From sequence record SRR31156797_212: a stretch of 64,000 nucleotides of DNA. One strand, written 5' to 3'. Shown one piece after another: positions 53,410 through 63,845 of the stretch (position 1 is its first letter; each line of letters begins with the position of its first letter). The position numbers and the translations under genes are program-made. The notes below the pieces were generated by a model. It saw only the letters and a list, made by a program, of their open reading frames with translations, was not told the origin of the DNA and did no database searches.

Positions 53410-56400
53410 TTAAAACTGAATGTTAACTCCGAATAAGAATTTGCGAGACATTGGATACAATGTTCCTGCTGTTCCTTCAGAATAATATCTATCCGAATAG
53501 TCGCCTGTATCACCAACAACTGCTACTTCAGGATCAGTACCTGAGAAATCTGTCAAGGTCCAAAGGTTCTCACCTGTTACAAAGAATTTTACTGACTTTA
53601 ATTTCATCTTTGTCAATACAGATTCTGGCAAATTATAGCTAAGAGTTACATTACGTAGTTTCAAATATGATCCATCTTCCAAATATCTTGAAGATGGCTT
53701 GTAAGCCTGATTGTTTCCACCTTCGATTGCTTTTGGATGAGTTGCCTTATCACCTGGCTTTTCCCAACGACTCCAACCATCATACATTTTCATATTGTTG
53801 AAAGTAGGGTAACCTCCATCGCTATCAAAAGTTTCACGAGCGCTATGGTAGATATAATTACCATATGCATATCCGAAATTTGCAGAAAGATTTACATTCT
53901 TATAGTTTAAAGAAGTGGAGAATCCACCAAAGAAATCAGGAGCTGAAGATTTGTCTAATAACTCACGAGTTGCGCTAGCATAATCCATTGTAGTCTCTTT
54001 TGTTCCATCTTCGTTATGAATATACCACATTGGAGCACCTGTTGCTTGATCTACACCAGCCCATTCTCTCATAAACCACTCATTCATATCGTGTCCTTCG
54101 CTATACTTCTTCTTACCAATAATCTGAGGTTGTCCGTTGTACATTTCCTTGATTTCATTCTTATTGAATCCGATATTAAAATCAAAATCCCAATTGAAAT
54201 CATCACCTCTAACAATATCAGTATTTAAAGTAATTTCAATACCACGATTATTCAACTCTCCCACATTTTGCCATTGTCCCTGGTAACCTGTAATAGATGT
54301 AAGAGGAACATAATACAACAAATCAGAAGTATTTTTATCGTATAAATCGATACTTAAATTTACACGATTGAATAAGCGAGCATCAATGGCGAAGTTACTC
54401 ATGTAAGATTTTTCCCATGTTAAATCCTCATTTGCCAACTGTGATGGAAAAGCAGCAGGAATACCTACATAGTGACGATTAATTGAATACAATCCGTAAG
54501 CACCATAATATGAAGTTGGCATGTTACCAACCGAACCATAACTAGTTCTCACCTTCAAAGTATTTAACCATTCAATATTCTGCATAAAATCTTCTTCATG
54601 AACTGACCAACCAGCACTTACAGTAAAGAAATTACCAAAGCGTTTGTTTTCACCAAATCTTGAAGAACCATCTCTACGGAATGAGAATTGTGCCATATAT
54701 CTGTTCTTAAAAATGTAATTGGTGTTGAACAGGTAAGATTCCATGGCCCACTCATATCTGGCACCTCCTACTGATTTTGGTTCAGCAGCAACATTTAACA
54801 CTTCAGTACCTTGAGGAATTCCTTTTCCAACAGCTGATGAGCTTTCATATACATAGTCAGTAAATTCATATCCTGCCAAAGCTGTTAAGTTATGATCGTC
54901 ACCAAATGCTTTATTGAACTTGAACATCTGATTTGTAAATCTTTTAGTAACCGAAGAGTTATCATTATTCAAAGAGCCTTTATCTGATTCACCTGATGTG
55001 GATCTTGCATCAGTGTAACTCTCTCCTAAATAATGTTTGTAATTATAGTTATTTGTTGATTCGAAAGACAAGAAAGGAGTAATTTTATACTCAAATCCCA
55101 TGTTCACATCACCACCAACTCTTCTTGATCTTGACCAGTTCCATTGTAAATTATACAGGTAATTCGAACCATCACGACCAATCCAATAATCACCTTCAGT
55201 TCCATTTTCTAAACTAGCAGTTCCTTCATCACCTTTTCTTACTGAACCATCCAAATTCTTTGGACTATCCCAAGGCAAGTAGTGATACATTGCATAAACA
55301 GAGTGTTGCTTGCTATCTGATTTTGTTACAAATCCCGATAATTTTGTTTTCAAGGTCAATTTATCATTCACTTTGTAATCCAAATTTACACGCATGGTGT
55401 ATTTGTCATACTCATATCCTTTTACAGAACCAGTTTCGTTATAGTAATCACCCATTATAAAAGTGCTCACTTTTCCAGTTGTTCCCGAATAAGACATGTT
55501 GTAATTCTGTACAGTTCCTGTTTGTGTTCCTACATCAAACCAATCCGTATCAGTATCCAATAATTTTTCAGTAAACCAAGGCTTACTATTCCATGATTTG
55601 TGATAATCATACAATTCTTGAGAATTCATCACCTCAAAATTCCCTAAAGACAGAATGTTAACACCATAATTGGCATTTACAGAAAGTACTTCTCTACCTT
55701 TCTTTGCCGTTTTTGTTGTAACAATGATTACACCATTTGCACCACGAGATCCATATAAGGCAGTTGCAGATGCATCTTTTAAAATTGAGATATTTTCAAT
55801 CTCATTTGGACTGATAGAAGAACCATCGGCTCCTACTACTCCATCAACAACCCATAAAGGATCAACTTCCGAGCTTAAAGATCCTTTACCACGGATTCTG
55901 ATTTTTGCCTTACTTCCTGGTTGTCCACTTGCTGTAGAAACATAAACTCCGGATGCTTTACCTTGTAATAGGTTTTCAACTCGTGGAGTAGTAACATCCT
56001 TCAGTTTGTCAGCTTTTACAGAAGCCACCGAACCTGTAAGGTTTGATTTCTTTTGAGTTCCATAAGCAACAACAACAACTTCATCAAGACTTTCGGTATC
56101 AGCTTCTAAATTAAAATTGATTGTTGTTTGCTTAGCTATAATTACCTCTTGAGTTTGATACCCAATAAAAGAAACAGCCAAAACATCCGACTCATTTTCA
56201 GATTCGATAGTGTAATTACCGTCAAAATTGGTAGTGGTTCCAACTGTTGTTCCTATAATCCACAGGTTTGCCCCAATGATGGTTTCACCAGTTTTGGCAT
56301 CAGTAACAGTTCCTGTAATTGTTCTTTTTTCTCCATTTTGAGCTACAGCGGTTGCAGCAAATAGAACAAGAACGAGTGCAGCACTTAAAATATGCCTAAG

Positions 56401-56436
56401 TCCTTTGCACGATTTCTTTACATGTGTCATTAGCAT
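53410..56436 (-). CDS. susC: SusC/RagA TonB-dependent transporter (PUL-3)
   Basis: ITGTVTDAKTGETIIGA; PLWVVDG; ILKDASATALYGSRGANGVIIVTTK; LEDGSYLKLRNVTLSY; ends GVNIQF; start ATG 56436 or GTG 56442. Confidence 0.97.
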   Translation of the reverse strand: MLMTHVKKSCKGLRHILSAALVLVLFAATAVAQNGEKRTITGTVTDAKTGETIIGANLWIIGTTVGTTTNFDGNYTIESENESDVLAVSFIGYQTQEVIIAKQTTINFNLEADTESLDEVVVVAYGTQKKSNLTGSVASVKADKLKDVTTPRVENLLQGKASGVYVSTASGQPGSKAKIRIRGKGSLSSEVDPLWVVDGVVGADGSSISPNEIENISILKDASATALYGSRGANGVIIVTTKTAKKGREVLSVNANYGVNILSLGNFEVMNSQELYDYHKSWNSKPWFTEKLLDTDTDWFDVGTQTGTVQNYNMSYSGTTGKVSTFIMGDYYNETGSVKGYEYDKYTMRVNLDYKVNDKLTLKTKLSGFVTKSDSKQHSVYAMYHYLPWDSPKNLDGSVRKGDEGTASLENGTEGDYWIGRDGSNYLYNLQWNWSRSRRVGGDVNMGFEYKITPFLSFESTNNYNYKHYLGESYTDARSTSGESDKGSLNNDNSSVTKRFTNQMFKFNKAFGDDHNLTALAGYEFTDYVYESSSAVGKGIPQGTEVLNVAAEPKSVGGARYEWAMESYLFNTNYIFKNRYMAQFSFRRDGSSRFGENKRFGNFFTVSAGWSVHEEDFMQNIEWLNTLKVRTSYGSVGNMPTSYYGAYGLYSINRHYVGIPAAFPSQLANEDLTWEKSYMSNFAIDARLFNRVNLSIDLYDKNTSDLLYYVPLTSITGYQGQWQNVGELNNRGIEITLNTDIVRGDDFNWDFDFNIGFNKNEIKEMYNGQPQIIGKKKYSEGHDMNEWFMREWAGVDQATGAPMWYIHNEDGTKETTMDYASATRELLDKSSAPDFFGGFSTSLNYKNVNLSANFGYAYGNYIYHSARETFDSDGGYPTFNNMKMYDGWSRWEKPGDKATHPKAIEGGNNQAYKPSSRYLEDGSYLKLRNVTLSYNLPESVLTKMKLKSVKFFVTGENLWTLTDFSGTDPEVAVVGDTGDYSDRYYSEGTAGTLYPMSRKFLFGVNIQF

Positions 56437-56586
56437 TTTCACTTAGATTAGTTATTAAAAACGGGTTAATAGATTCTAAACTTCCGATTTCAAGACTGCT
56501 TTCGATCAGTTATAGCAAATCAAAAACAATCTCATAACTCATTGAAATTTTTGAATCCTGTCAAAATTGAAAATTAGAGATGAAAG

Positions 56587-56624
56587 GGAGGTGTAAATTT
56601 TCGGCTATGGAGGGGAGATATTTT
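56587..56624. promoter_or_regulatory. Candidate HTCS (AraC-type) operator, imperfect direct repeat
   Basis: ggaggtgtaaatttt and ggaggggagatattt start 22 nt apart (56587, 56609), just upstream of a degenerate minus-strand -7 (CAATTTTG, 56562-56569) for susC. Confidence 0.4.
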
Positions 56625-56955
56625 AAGACAAGCAAAAAACAAGAATTCTCTTCAATTCAAATAGATCACCCTAAACTCACTAATTACTGACTATCTTACA
56701 CTTAAGGTCATCATCAGCATATTTAATTACTATTAAAACTATTTTTCCATGTCCACTAAGTGTAATTTTTAAGCAAATAGGTGGATATTCTCTGCAAGCC
56801 TTAAATTAACTTAGAAATTAAAAGGTAGTCTTCAATCTTTCGAATTATATTGTAGAGCTTTCAATTAATGTGCTGAAAAAGGAGAATTATAGCTTGACAG
56901 GCTTACTTGCGATATGTATTTTTGAAAATACTTCTGGATTGATAAAAAATTGAAT

Positions 56956-59900
56956 ATGAAAAAATGGTACCGAAATATTGTAAAGTCTGTGCTTTTGGTT
57001 GCAACCAGTTTTTCAACAGTATTTTGCTTCGCCGATGAATCAACGAATTTTATTCATTTAAAAGCGGAAATAAACCGTCAACATACCAATGCCACCAATG
57101 TAATTGAAGATTCTCTTGGCTATTTATGGCTTGAGTCACATGCCGGTTTATTACGATTCGATGGTTATGAATACATGGAGATTCCTTTCTATAGTATTTT
57201 TGATAAAAAAGCTAATCCATCTTCTCTTCTAAGACTAGTAAAAGATAAAAAAGGACATATTTGGGCGGTTTCGAAAAAAGGCAATATATCTAAACAAAAT
57301 CACCACTCAATATTTATCCCTCAATATTCTTGCTTTAACAAATTAAAAGAAGAGCAAGAAATTAAATCCATACATATAGGAAAATCACATCTCTGGTTAG
57401 GAAGTAATTTTGGAGTATTAAAAAGGCAATCACTAACTGATTCAACGAGCGTTGTATTTAATATCCATTCTTCTAATGAGGGAATCACTTCAATTTCAGA
57501 ATGCAAAAACAACACGGTATGGTTCAGTACAGATAAAGGACGAATTTTTAAAATCAACACAAAAACAAATGATTTAGAAGAACTTAAAGGACCTTTCAGT
57601 AATCCTTTTAATACCATTATCTTAACATGTGATAACAATGATAAATTATGGATAGGAACTGAATTGTATGGTTTTTTCTGTTACGATCCTATTAGTCAAA
57701 CCTACCAACAATACCACAATCAAACTGAAGGACTCAATTTTGTTCCTTCAAATATGATTATCAGAATATTTAAAGATAGTAAAGGATTTATTTGGCTTGG
57801 AACTGATGGTGGTGGTTTGTTTAAGGTAAATCCTGATAACAAACAAGTTCAACATTTTAACCATTCAAAGACCAATCAATTATCCTTACAAAGCAAATCG
57901 GTAATTGGAATTGGAGAAACTAATAATCATGATATCTGGATTTTCACCAATTATGGTAATATCAATATTCTTCCTCATGAATCCAATACTGTAGGTTATC
58001 ACAGTGGAAGTATTTCCGGATCTCCTACTAGAATTCTATCAGTTCTAAAAGCAAAAAATGGAAACCTTTGGATTGGAACCGATGGAGAAGGACTTACTCT
58101 TATCGATAAAAATGGCGCTCAAAAAAAGCAATTTATAGCAAAAACAAAAGCTGCAAAAGGATTATCTGGCAATTACATACAAGCTATTACCGAAGATAAA
58201 ACTGGTAATCTTTGGGTCGGCACCTATTTAAATGGCTTAAATTATTACGATCAAAAAAAGAATACTTTCTATCCTATCCAAACGGTGAATCAATCCGGAC
58301 AAAGGGCATCCGATATCCGATCTTTATATGTGGACAACAAAAACAGAATTTGGGTTGGAAGTAACATTGGTTTGTTTGTTTATTCAACCAATAAGGTACA
58401 ATTAGCCTTTTTTCCATATAACAAACAAGATTTGCAAGGAACGATAGCAGAATTCTTTTTGGAAGATGAATTGGGACAATTTTGGATCGGGATGTATAGT
58501 GGAGGAATCTGTTTATTCGATGAAGCTGATAAACTGCAAAATTCCCGATTTACAACTTACAAACTATCTACCTCCAACAACAATAACAAAAGCAGTTTAA
58601 TTCATGGTTCTTCGGATCAAGCTGGTCATTTATATTTGGTGAATTCTTATTCCAAACTATTAAAATTTGATATTAAGCGCAGAGAAGTTCTTCCTATTAA
58701 AGGATTTACAAATAGCCAACTACACAAAACAGTTGCTGTTATTTCTATCGATTCGTCTAATCTCTGGCTTTCTAAAAGCAATGGAATATCTCACTTGGAT
58801 TTGAATACAAAAAAAGACTATTTCTACACTTGGAAAAATGGAACCATTAAAGGAAGTTACCTGTCAGGAAGTTCATTTATCGATGAAAATGGAATACTTT
58901 ACTTTGGTGGTATTGGTGGCTTGAATTATTTCAATCCACATGAAATGAAAACAACCAAAAAAGATTTACATCTATACATTAATCAATTGCAAATCGTAAA
59001 CCGAGATGCGAACGACTTAATTCCTACTCAATTAAAATCTGGTATTGAGCATTTAAAACACTTAAAGTTAAATCACCATCAAACCGCATTTTCCTTTCAG
59101 TTTGCTGTTATCAACGATCATTTGGATCCAAATTATTACTATGCTTATCGTTTAAAAGGATTCGATAACAATTGGATTACAACAGAAAACAAAAGAAGTG
59201 CAACCTATACCAATATTCCTTATGGCGATTACACCTTTGAGGTAAAAGCAGGAACCAAACGAGATCTTTGGGACATTAGAACAAAATCAGTAGAAATAAG
59301 CATTATACCACCCTTTTGGAAAAGATGGTGGGCATATTTAATATATACAACTCTATTTTTGATAATAAGTTTCTTTATCATTAGATACTATCTAATGTGG
59401 GCAAGATTGAAGCACAAATTGGTAATCGAGGAACTTCTGAATGAGAAAAACAAGGAGCTTTATGCTATGAAAATGAATTTCTTTGCAAAAATGTCACATG
59501 AAATTCAGACTCCACTCACACTTATTCTTTCACCTATTGAAAACATGATTGAACGCGCAGAAGGTAACCTTTTGCTTACACAACGCCTACATGTAATTAA
59601 GAATAATGCAAAACGATTGTCTAGAATTGCGATGGAATTAATGACCATTAGAAATCGGGAAATGGGCAGGCTACGTATCAATGCCAGTGAAAACAATATT
59701 ATATCGGATATTAATAAAATAGCTCTTTCGTTTAGAGAACAAGCGCGATTTAAGAATGTAGATTTTATTGTAGAAAACAACAATATAAACGAATTAAATC
59801 TATGGTATGATCAGCAAAAACTAGAACATATCATTTACAATTTACTAGCCAATGCATTTAAATTCACACCCAAAGAAGGAAAAATAACATTAAGCATAGA

Positions 59901-61047
59901 ACCAAAACGTACTGACAATATAGTAGAATTAAAAATTACCGATACTGGTATCGGAATTCCCAATGATGAATTGCAAAATATTTTCAATCTGTTTTATCAA
60001 TCGAAAGATGGAAAAGCCGTTGGTGGTACAGGAATTGGTTTGGCTCTCACAAAAGAGTTAATTCAACTGCACAAAGGTGAAATAACTGTTGATTCAAAAA
60101 TTACTGAAGGCACCACCTTCACAATAACCCTACAATCAGGCAAAGAACATTTTAGCTCTGAGGAAATAATAAATACTGAATTAAAGCCAAAAAAAGAGGA
60201 TAAAACCTATACACTTCCTCAATCTAACAATGATGAAGTTTCAATATCTAAGGATGATAAAGAATACAGAAATATTTTAATTGTTGAAGACAACTTCGAA
60301 ATGCTACTATTTCTGGAAGATAGTTTCAAATCTGAATACAAGGTGAGAACCGCTCAAAATGGTCATGAAGCCTTAGAAGTTATTTCTGAATTTACACCGG
60401 ATATAATTCTCAGCGATGTAATGATGCCAATGATGGATGGCATAACACTTTGCAAAAAGCTTAAGGAACAAAAAACTACACGTCATATTCCTCTTATTTT
60501 ATTAACAACCAAAAATGCAACCAGCTCAAAACTGGAAGGACTTAAATATGGTGCCATAGAATACATCAACAAGCCTTTTAATGTAAAAGAGCTAAAACTT
60601 AAAGTATTTAATATTCTAGATACTCAAAATAAGATGATTGAAAAATATCGAACCGAGATATTAACTGAGAGTAAGGAAATACAAGTTGAATCACCTGACG
60701 AAAAATTTATTGAATCGGTTATACTTGAAATGGAGAAGAATTTTGAAGATCCAGAATTTAAACTCGAAGAGTTAGCCGATATGCTTAACATGAGTTATTC
60801 AAATATCTACAGAAAATTCCAAAGTCTTACGGATAAAACATTGGTTGATTTTATGCGATCCTTTCGATTAAAAAAAGCTGAATCATTACTTATCAATCAC
60901 AATTTTTCCATTTCCGAAATTGCCTATCAAATTGGATTTAACGATCCAAAGTATTTCTCAAAATGTTTCAAAAAGGAATATGGAATGACACCTAAGCAAT
61001 ACAAACAGGAAAAACAGTTCATCGCCAAAGACAATCCTATCGATTAA
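56956..61047 (+). CDS. Hybrid two-component system (propeller sensor, Y_Y_Y, TM, His kinase, receiver, AraC HTH)
   Basis: Repeated WIGTDG propellers; ATYTNIPYGDYTFEV; PPFWKRWWAY; SHEIQTPLTLI; NLLANAFKFT; GTGIGLAL; ILIVEDN...SDVMMP; GFNDPKYFSKCFKKEYG; ATG 56956 or TTG 56950. Confidence 0.96.
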   Translation: MKKWYRNIVKSVLLVATSFSTVFCFADESTNFIHLKAEINRQHTNATNVIEDSLGYLWLESHAGLLRFDGYEYMEIPFYSIFDKKANPSSLLRLVKDKKGHIWAVSKKGNISKQNHHSIFIPQYSCFNKLKEEQEIKSIHIGKSHLWLGSNFGVLKRQSLTDSTSVVFNIHSSNEGITSISECKNNTVWFSTDKGRIFKINTKTNDLEELKGPFSNPFNTIILTCDNNDKLWIGTELYGFFCYDPISQTYQQYHNQTEGLNFVPSNMIIRIFKDSKGFIWLGTDGGGLFKVNPDNKQVQHFNHSKTNQLSLQSKSVIGIGETNNHDIWIFTNYGNINILPHESNTVGYHSGSISGSPTRILSVLKAKNGNLWIGTDGEGLTLIDKNGAQKKQFIAKTKAAKGLSGNYIQAITEDKTGNLWVGTYLNGLNYYDQKKNTFYPIQTVNQSGQRASDIRSLYVDNKNRIWVGSNIGLFVYSTNKVQLAFFPYNKQDLQGTIAEFFLEDELGQFWIGMYSGGICLFDEADKLQNSRFTTYKLSTSNNNNKSSLIHGSSDQAGHLYLVNSYSKLLKFDIKRREVLPIKGFTNSQLHKTVAVISIDSSNLWLSKSNGISHLDLNTKKDYFYTWKNGTIKGSYLSGSSFIDENGILYFGGIGGLNYFNPHEMKTTKKDLHLYINQLQIVNRDANDLIPTQLKSGIEHLKHLKLNHHQTAFSFQFAVINDHLDPNYYYAYRLKGFDNNWITTENKRSATYTNIPYGDYTFEVKAGTKRDLWDIRTKSVEISIIPPFWKRWWAYLIYTTLFLIISFFIIRYYLMWARLKHKLVIEELLNEKNKELYAMKMNFFAKMSHEIQTPLTLILSPIENMIERAEGNLLLTQRLHVIKNNAKRLSRIAMELMTIRNREMGRLRINASENNIISDINKIALSFREQARFKNVDFIVENNNINELNLWYDQQKLEHIIYNLLANAFKFTPKEGKITLSIEPKRTDNIVELKITDTGIGIPNDELQNIFNLFYQSKDGKAVGGTGIGLALTKELIQLHKGEITVDSKITEGTTFTITLQSGKEHFSSEEIINTELKPKKEDKTYTLPQSNNDEVSISKDDKEYRNILIVEDNFEMLLFLEDSFKSEYKVRTAQNGHEALEVISEFTPDIILSDVMMPMMDGITLCKKLKEQKTTRHIPLILLTTKNATSSKLEGLKYGAIEYINKPFNVKELKLKVFNILDTQNKMIEKYRTEILTESKEIQVESPDEKFIESVILEMEKNFEDPEFKLEELADMLNMSYSNIYRKFQSLTDKTLVDFMRSFRLKKAESLLINHNFSISEIAYQIGFNDPKYFSKCFKKEYGMTPKQYKQEKQFIAKDNPID

Positions 61048-62435
61048 TGAAAGTATTCTTCCAACGAAATAAATTTCTAGTATTCATACTCGCAGTATTA
61101 TTTTTTGCGATTGCATTTGTTGCAAGTATAAAAGGTATTGATCGAGTAACTTCAACTGATAGCTATTGTATGTCCTGCCATGTTCATCCGCATGCAGAAA
61201 GCACATGGAAGCAAGCTTCGCATCACAACAATAAAAGTGGAGTTGTTGTTCATTGTATCGATTGTCACTTACCTCCAAAACATCAGAATAACTATTGGTC
61301 TGAGAAAATAAATGCAGGTTCTCGCGATTTATATTCTTATTGGTTTAAAGATCCTAATCAAATTAATTGGGATCAAAAATCAGAACTTGAACATGCAAAA
61401 AAGCACGTTTTTAACGAATCATGTATCAATTGTCATGAAAATCTCTTTTCTCTTCATCTTTCCAAAGAAGGTGATGAAGCACATTTGTATTACAAACACA
61501 ATCAAGATAAATTGGATTGTATAAATTGTCACTTAAATGTTGGTCACGGAGGCAAAAATACTCACAAAGCCAATCCTTCTTTTTTACTAGCTAATAAGCA
61601 GAACGAAATATTCAAAAATGCCAGCAAAGTAGATGAATTTTCAAGTTTTAAAGAACAGATTCCTGGTACCGATGTTTCTTTTGAGATGATTGCAATTCCT
61701 ACTCATAAAGACTTTGATTCGTTCTTTATTGGCAAAACAGAAATATCATGGAATGAATACAAGGTCTTTCTATCTGAAACCGAATCGGAAGGTAGAGCTG
61801 ATGATATAAAACCAGAAGTAGATGTAATATCAGGAGCAACTCCTCCATTTGGTGATCCCTCTCAAGGTTGGGGAATGGGAGAAAGACCAGCAATTACAAT
61901 GACCTGGCATGCAGCCAACACCTATTGCAAATGGTTATCGGCTAAAACCGGAAAAAAATACAGGCTTCCTACAAAAGAAGAATGGATATATGCATGTAAT
62001 GGTGAATCACCTGATGATTTCTTTTTTGGTGGACAAGTTAAAGATTATCAAGCTAAAAAATTCCCATCGAATCTTTTCAAAAAACCTAGTGTGAAGATCA
62101 ATAATTTTGTTGTTTGGAGTGAAATTAGCAATGGTAAAACAGCTTTACCAAAAAATGTTCATGGCAACTCATTTGGCTTACTAAACATGCTTGGGAATGT
62201 AAAAGAATTCTGTTCGGATACCATTTTAATAGATAATAAAACAGAGCACATAATTATGGGTGGTTCGTTTAAAAGTGAACTTACAGGTTTATTGCTTACA
62301 AAAATTGATCATACTAAACATGATGATTGGTTGATCACCGATCCTCAAATTCCTAAAAGCATTTGGTGGTACTCCGATTGCAATGATGTTGGATTTAGAG
62401 TCGTTTGCGAATTCAATAAAGTTCCTGAAAATTAA
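61047..62435 (+). CDS. Membrane-anchored NapC/NirT-type tetraheme cytochrome c fused to an FGE/SUMF1-like domain
   Basis: N-terminal TM then TST..YCMSCH, CIDCH, CINCH, CINCH (4 CxxCH); C-terminal FFIGKTEIS, W..A..YCKWLS.KTGKKYRLPT.EEW.YAC, FGL.NMLGNV.E, GGSF, VGFRVV; ATG overlaps the HTCS stop (TAATG). Confidence 0.85.
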   Translation: MKVFFQRNKFLVFILAVLFFAIAFVASIKGIDRVTSTDSYCMSCHVHPHAESTWKQASHHNNKSGVVVHCIDCHLPPKHQNNYWSEKINAGSRDLYSYWFKDPNQINWDQKSELEHAKKHVFNESCINCHENLFSLHLSKEGDEAHLYYKHNQDKLDCINCHLNVGHGGKNTHKANPSFLLANKQNEIFKNASKVDEFSSFKEQIPGTDVSFEMIAIPTHKDFDSFFIGKTEISWNEYKVFLSETESEGRADDIKPEVDVISGATPPFGDPSQGWGMGERPAITMTWHAANTYCKWLSAKTGKKYRLPTKEEWIYACNGESPDDFFFGGQVKDYQAKKFPSNLFKKPSVKINNFVVWSEISNGKTALPKNVHGNSFGLLNMLGNVKEFCSDTILIDNKTEHIIMGGSFKSELTGLLLTKIDHTKHDDWLITDPQIPKSIWWYSDCNDVGFRVVCEFNKVPEN

Positions 62436-62453
62436 TACCTATTGTTATATCAG

Positions 62454-63800
62454 ATGAATAAAGATTATTACAACAGCAGAAGAAAATTTATAAAGAATAC
62501 AGCAGCAGCTGGTCTCATTGGTGCAATAGGCGCCAATGCTCTTTTTTCCTCATGTCAAAATAGTAAAAAACAAGATTACACTTTTCCTCCCATGTTGAAA
62601 AAAGCTCCTGACGGTTCACTTTTAAAAGCTGGTGTTGTAGGCTGTGGCTATCGGGGAACAGGAGCTGCAATAAATTTTTTGAATTCTGGTCCAAATGTTG
62701 AAATCTCCGCCCTTGCTGATGTTTTTCCTGATCGTGTTGAAGCTTGTCGAAAACAAATTAAAGAACAAAAAGATCTTGATATTTCTCCTGATAAATGTTT
62801 CTCGGGAATTAACTCATTCGAAAAATTAATGGAATGTGATTTAGATGTAGTAATTCTGGCAACTCCACCACATTTTCGTCCTCAACATTTCGAAGCCTGC
62901 GTTAAAGCAAAAAAGCATGTCTTCATGGAGAAACCAATTGCTGTAGATCCTGTTGGTGTTCGCTCAGTTATGGTTTCAGCTGAAAAAGCAAAAATGCTTG
63001 GTCTGTCGGTGGTAACAGGAACCATCAAACGTCATCAGCAAGATTACATCGAAACCTTTAAGCAGGTAAACAATGGTGCCATTGGAGATATTGTATCTGC
63101 AAATAGCTATTACAATGTTGGAAAATTATGGCATCGAAATCCACGTGCCGATTGGTCGGAATTGGAAAATATGATTCGCAATTGGGTAAATTGGTGCTGG
63201 CTTTCCGGAGATCATATTGTAGAACAACATGTCCACAATTTAGATACCGTAAATTGGTTCGTTGGAAAACATCCCGAAAAAGCGCTTGGTTTTGGTGCTC
63301 GTCAAAGAAGAATTACTGGTGATCAATACGATATGTTTAGTGTTGATTTTGTCTACGATAAAAACATTCATTATCACAGTATGTGTCGTCAAATTAACGA
63401 TTGTTCCAACATTGTTTCCGATAGAATTCAAGGAACCAAAGGAACTACAAATTGTGAAAATACCATTTATAAACTTGATGGATCCATTGACTGGACCTAC
63501 AAATATCCTAAAGAAGGAACAGGTAAAAACATTAGTCGCTTAGCAAATAATCCATACGATCAGGAACATATTGATTTGGTAACGGCTATTCGAACTAGCA
63601 AACCTATAAACGAAGCTTTTCAAATTGCAGAATCAACACTAACCGGAATAATGGGTAGAATCTCAGCCTATACAGGAAAAGAAGTGACTTGGGAAGAAAT
63701 GATGAATTCCGATTTGTACTTAGGTCCCAAAACCTATCCAATTGGTCCTGTTGACATTCCTAAAGATATTCCAAAGCCAGGTAAAGCTCCTACCAAATAA
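62454..63800 (+). CDS. Gfo/Idh/MocA family NAD(P)-dependent oxidoreductase, Tat-exported lipoprotein
   Basis: SRRKFIK Tat motif and FSSC lipobox; GVVGCGYRGTG; LATPPHFRP; EKP; WLSGDHIVEQHVHNLD; ATG 62454 preferred over TTG 62442. Confidence 0.92.
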   Translation: MNKDYYNSRRKFIKNTAAAGLIGAIGANALFSSCQNSKKQDYTFPPMLKKAPDGSLLKAGVVGCGYRGTGAAINFLNSGPNVEISALADVFPDRVEACRKQIKEQKDLDISPDKCFSGINSFEKLMECDLDVVILATPPHFRPQHFEACVKAKKHVFMEKPIAVDPVGVRSVMVSAEKAKMLGLSVVTGTIKRHQQDYIETFKQVNNGAIGDIVSANSYYNVGKLWHRNPRADWSELENMIRNWVNWCWLSGDHIVEQHVHNLDTVNWFVGKHPEKALGFGARQRRITGDQYDMFSVDFVYDKNIHYHSMCRQINDCSNIVSDRIQGTKGTTNCENTIYKLDGSIDWTYKYPKEGTGKNISRLANNPYDQEHIDLVTAIRTSKPINEAFQIAESTLTGIMGRISAYTGKEVTWEEMMNSDLYLGPKTYPIGPVDIPKDIPKPGKAPTK

Positions 63801-63818
63801 AATAGAAGAATTTAGAGC

Positions 63819-63845
63819 AAAGAAAAAGGGTCCAACAAGACCCTT
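63819..63845 (-). terminator. Terminator hairpin oriented for a minus-strand transcript (may also end the + strand operon)
   Basis: aagggtc-caacaa-gaccctt with the T-rich tail on the minus strand. Confidence 0.55.

Noticed and set aside
59490-59520. HTCS H-box reads HEIQTP instead of the usual HE(F/I/L)RTP
   Set aside because: The phospho-accepting His, N-box, G-boxes and receiver Asp are intact; likely a tolerated variant, not a pseudokinase
61047-62435. Nitrate/nitrite respiration (napC/nrfH) or sulfatase-maturation assignment
   Set aside because: No partner reductase or sulfatase is in the window, the protein is a fusion, and the FGE catalytic Cys motif is absent, so no gene symbol was given
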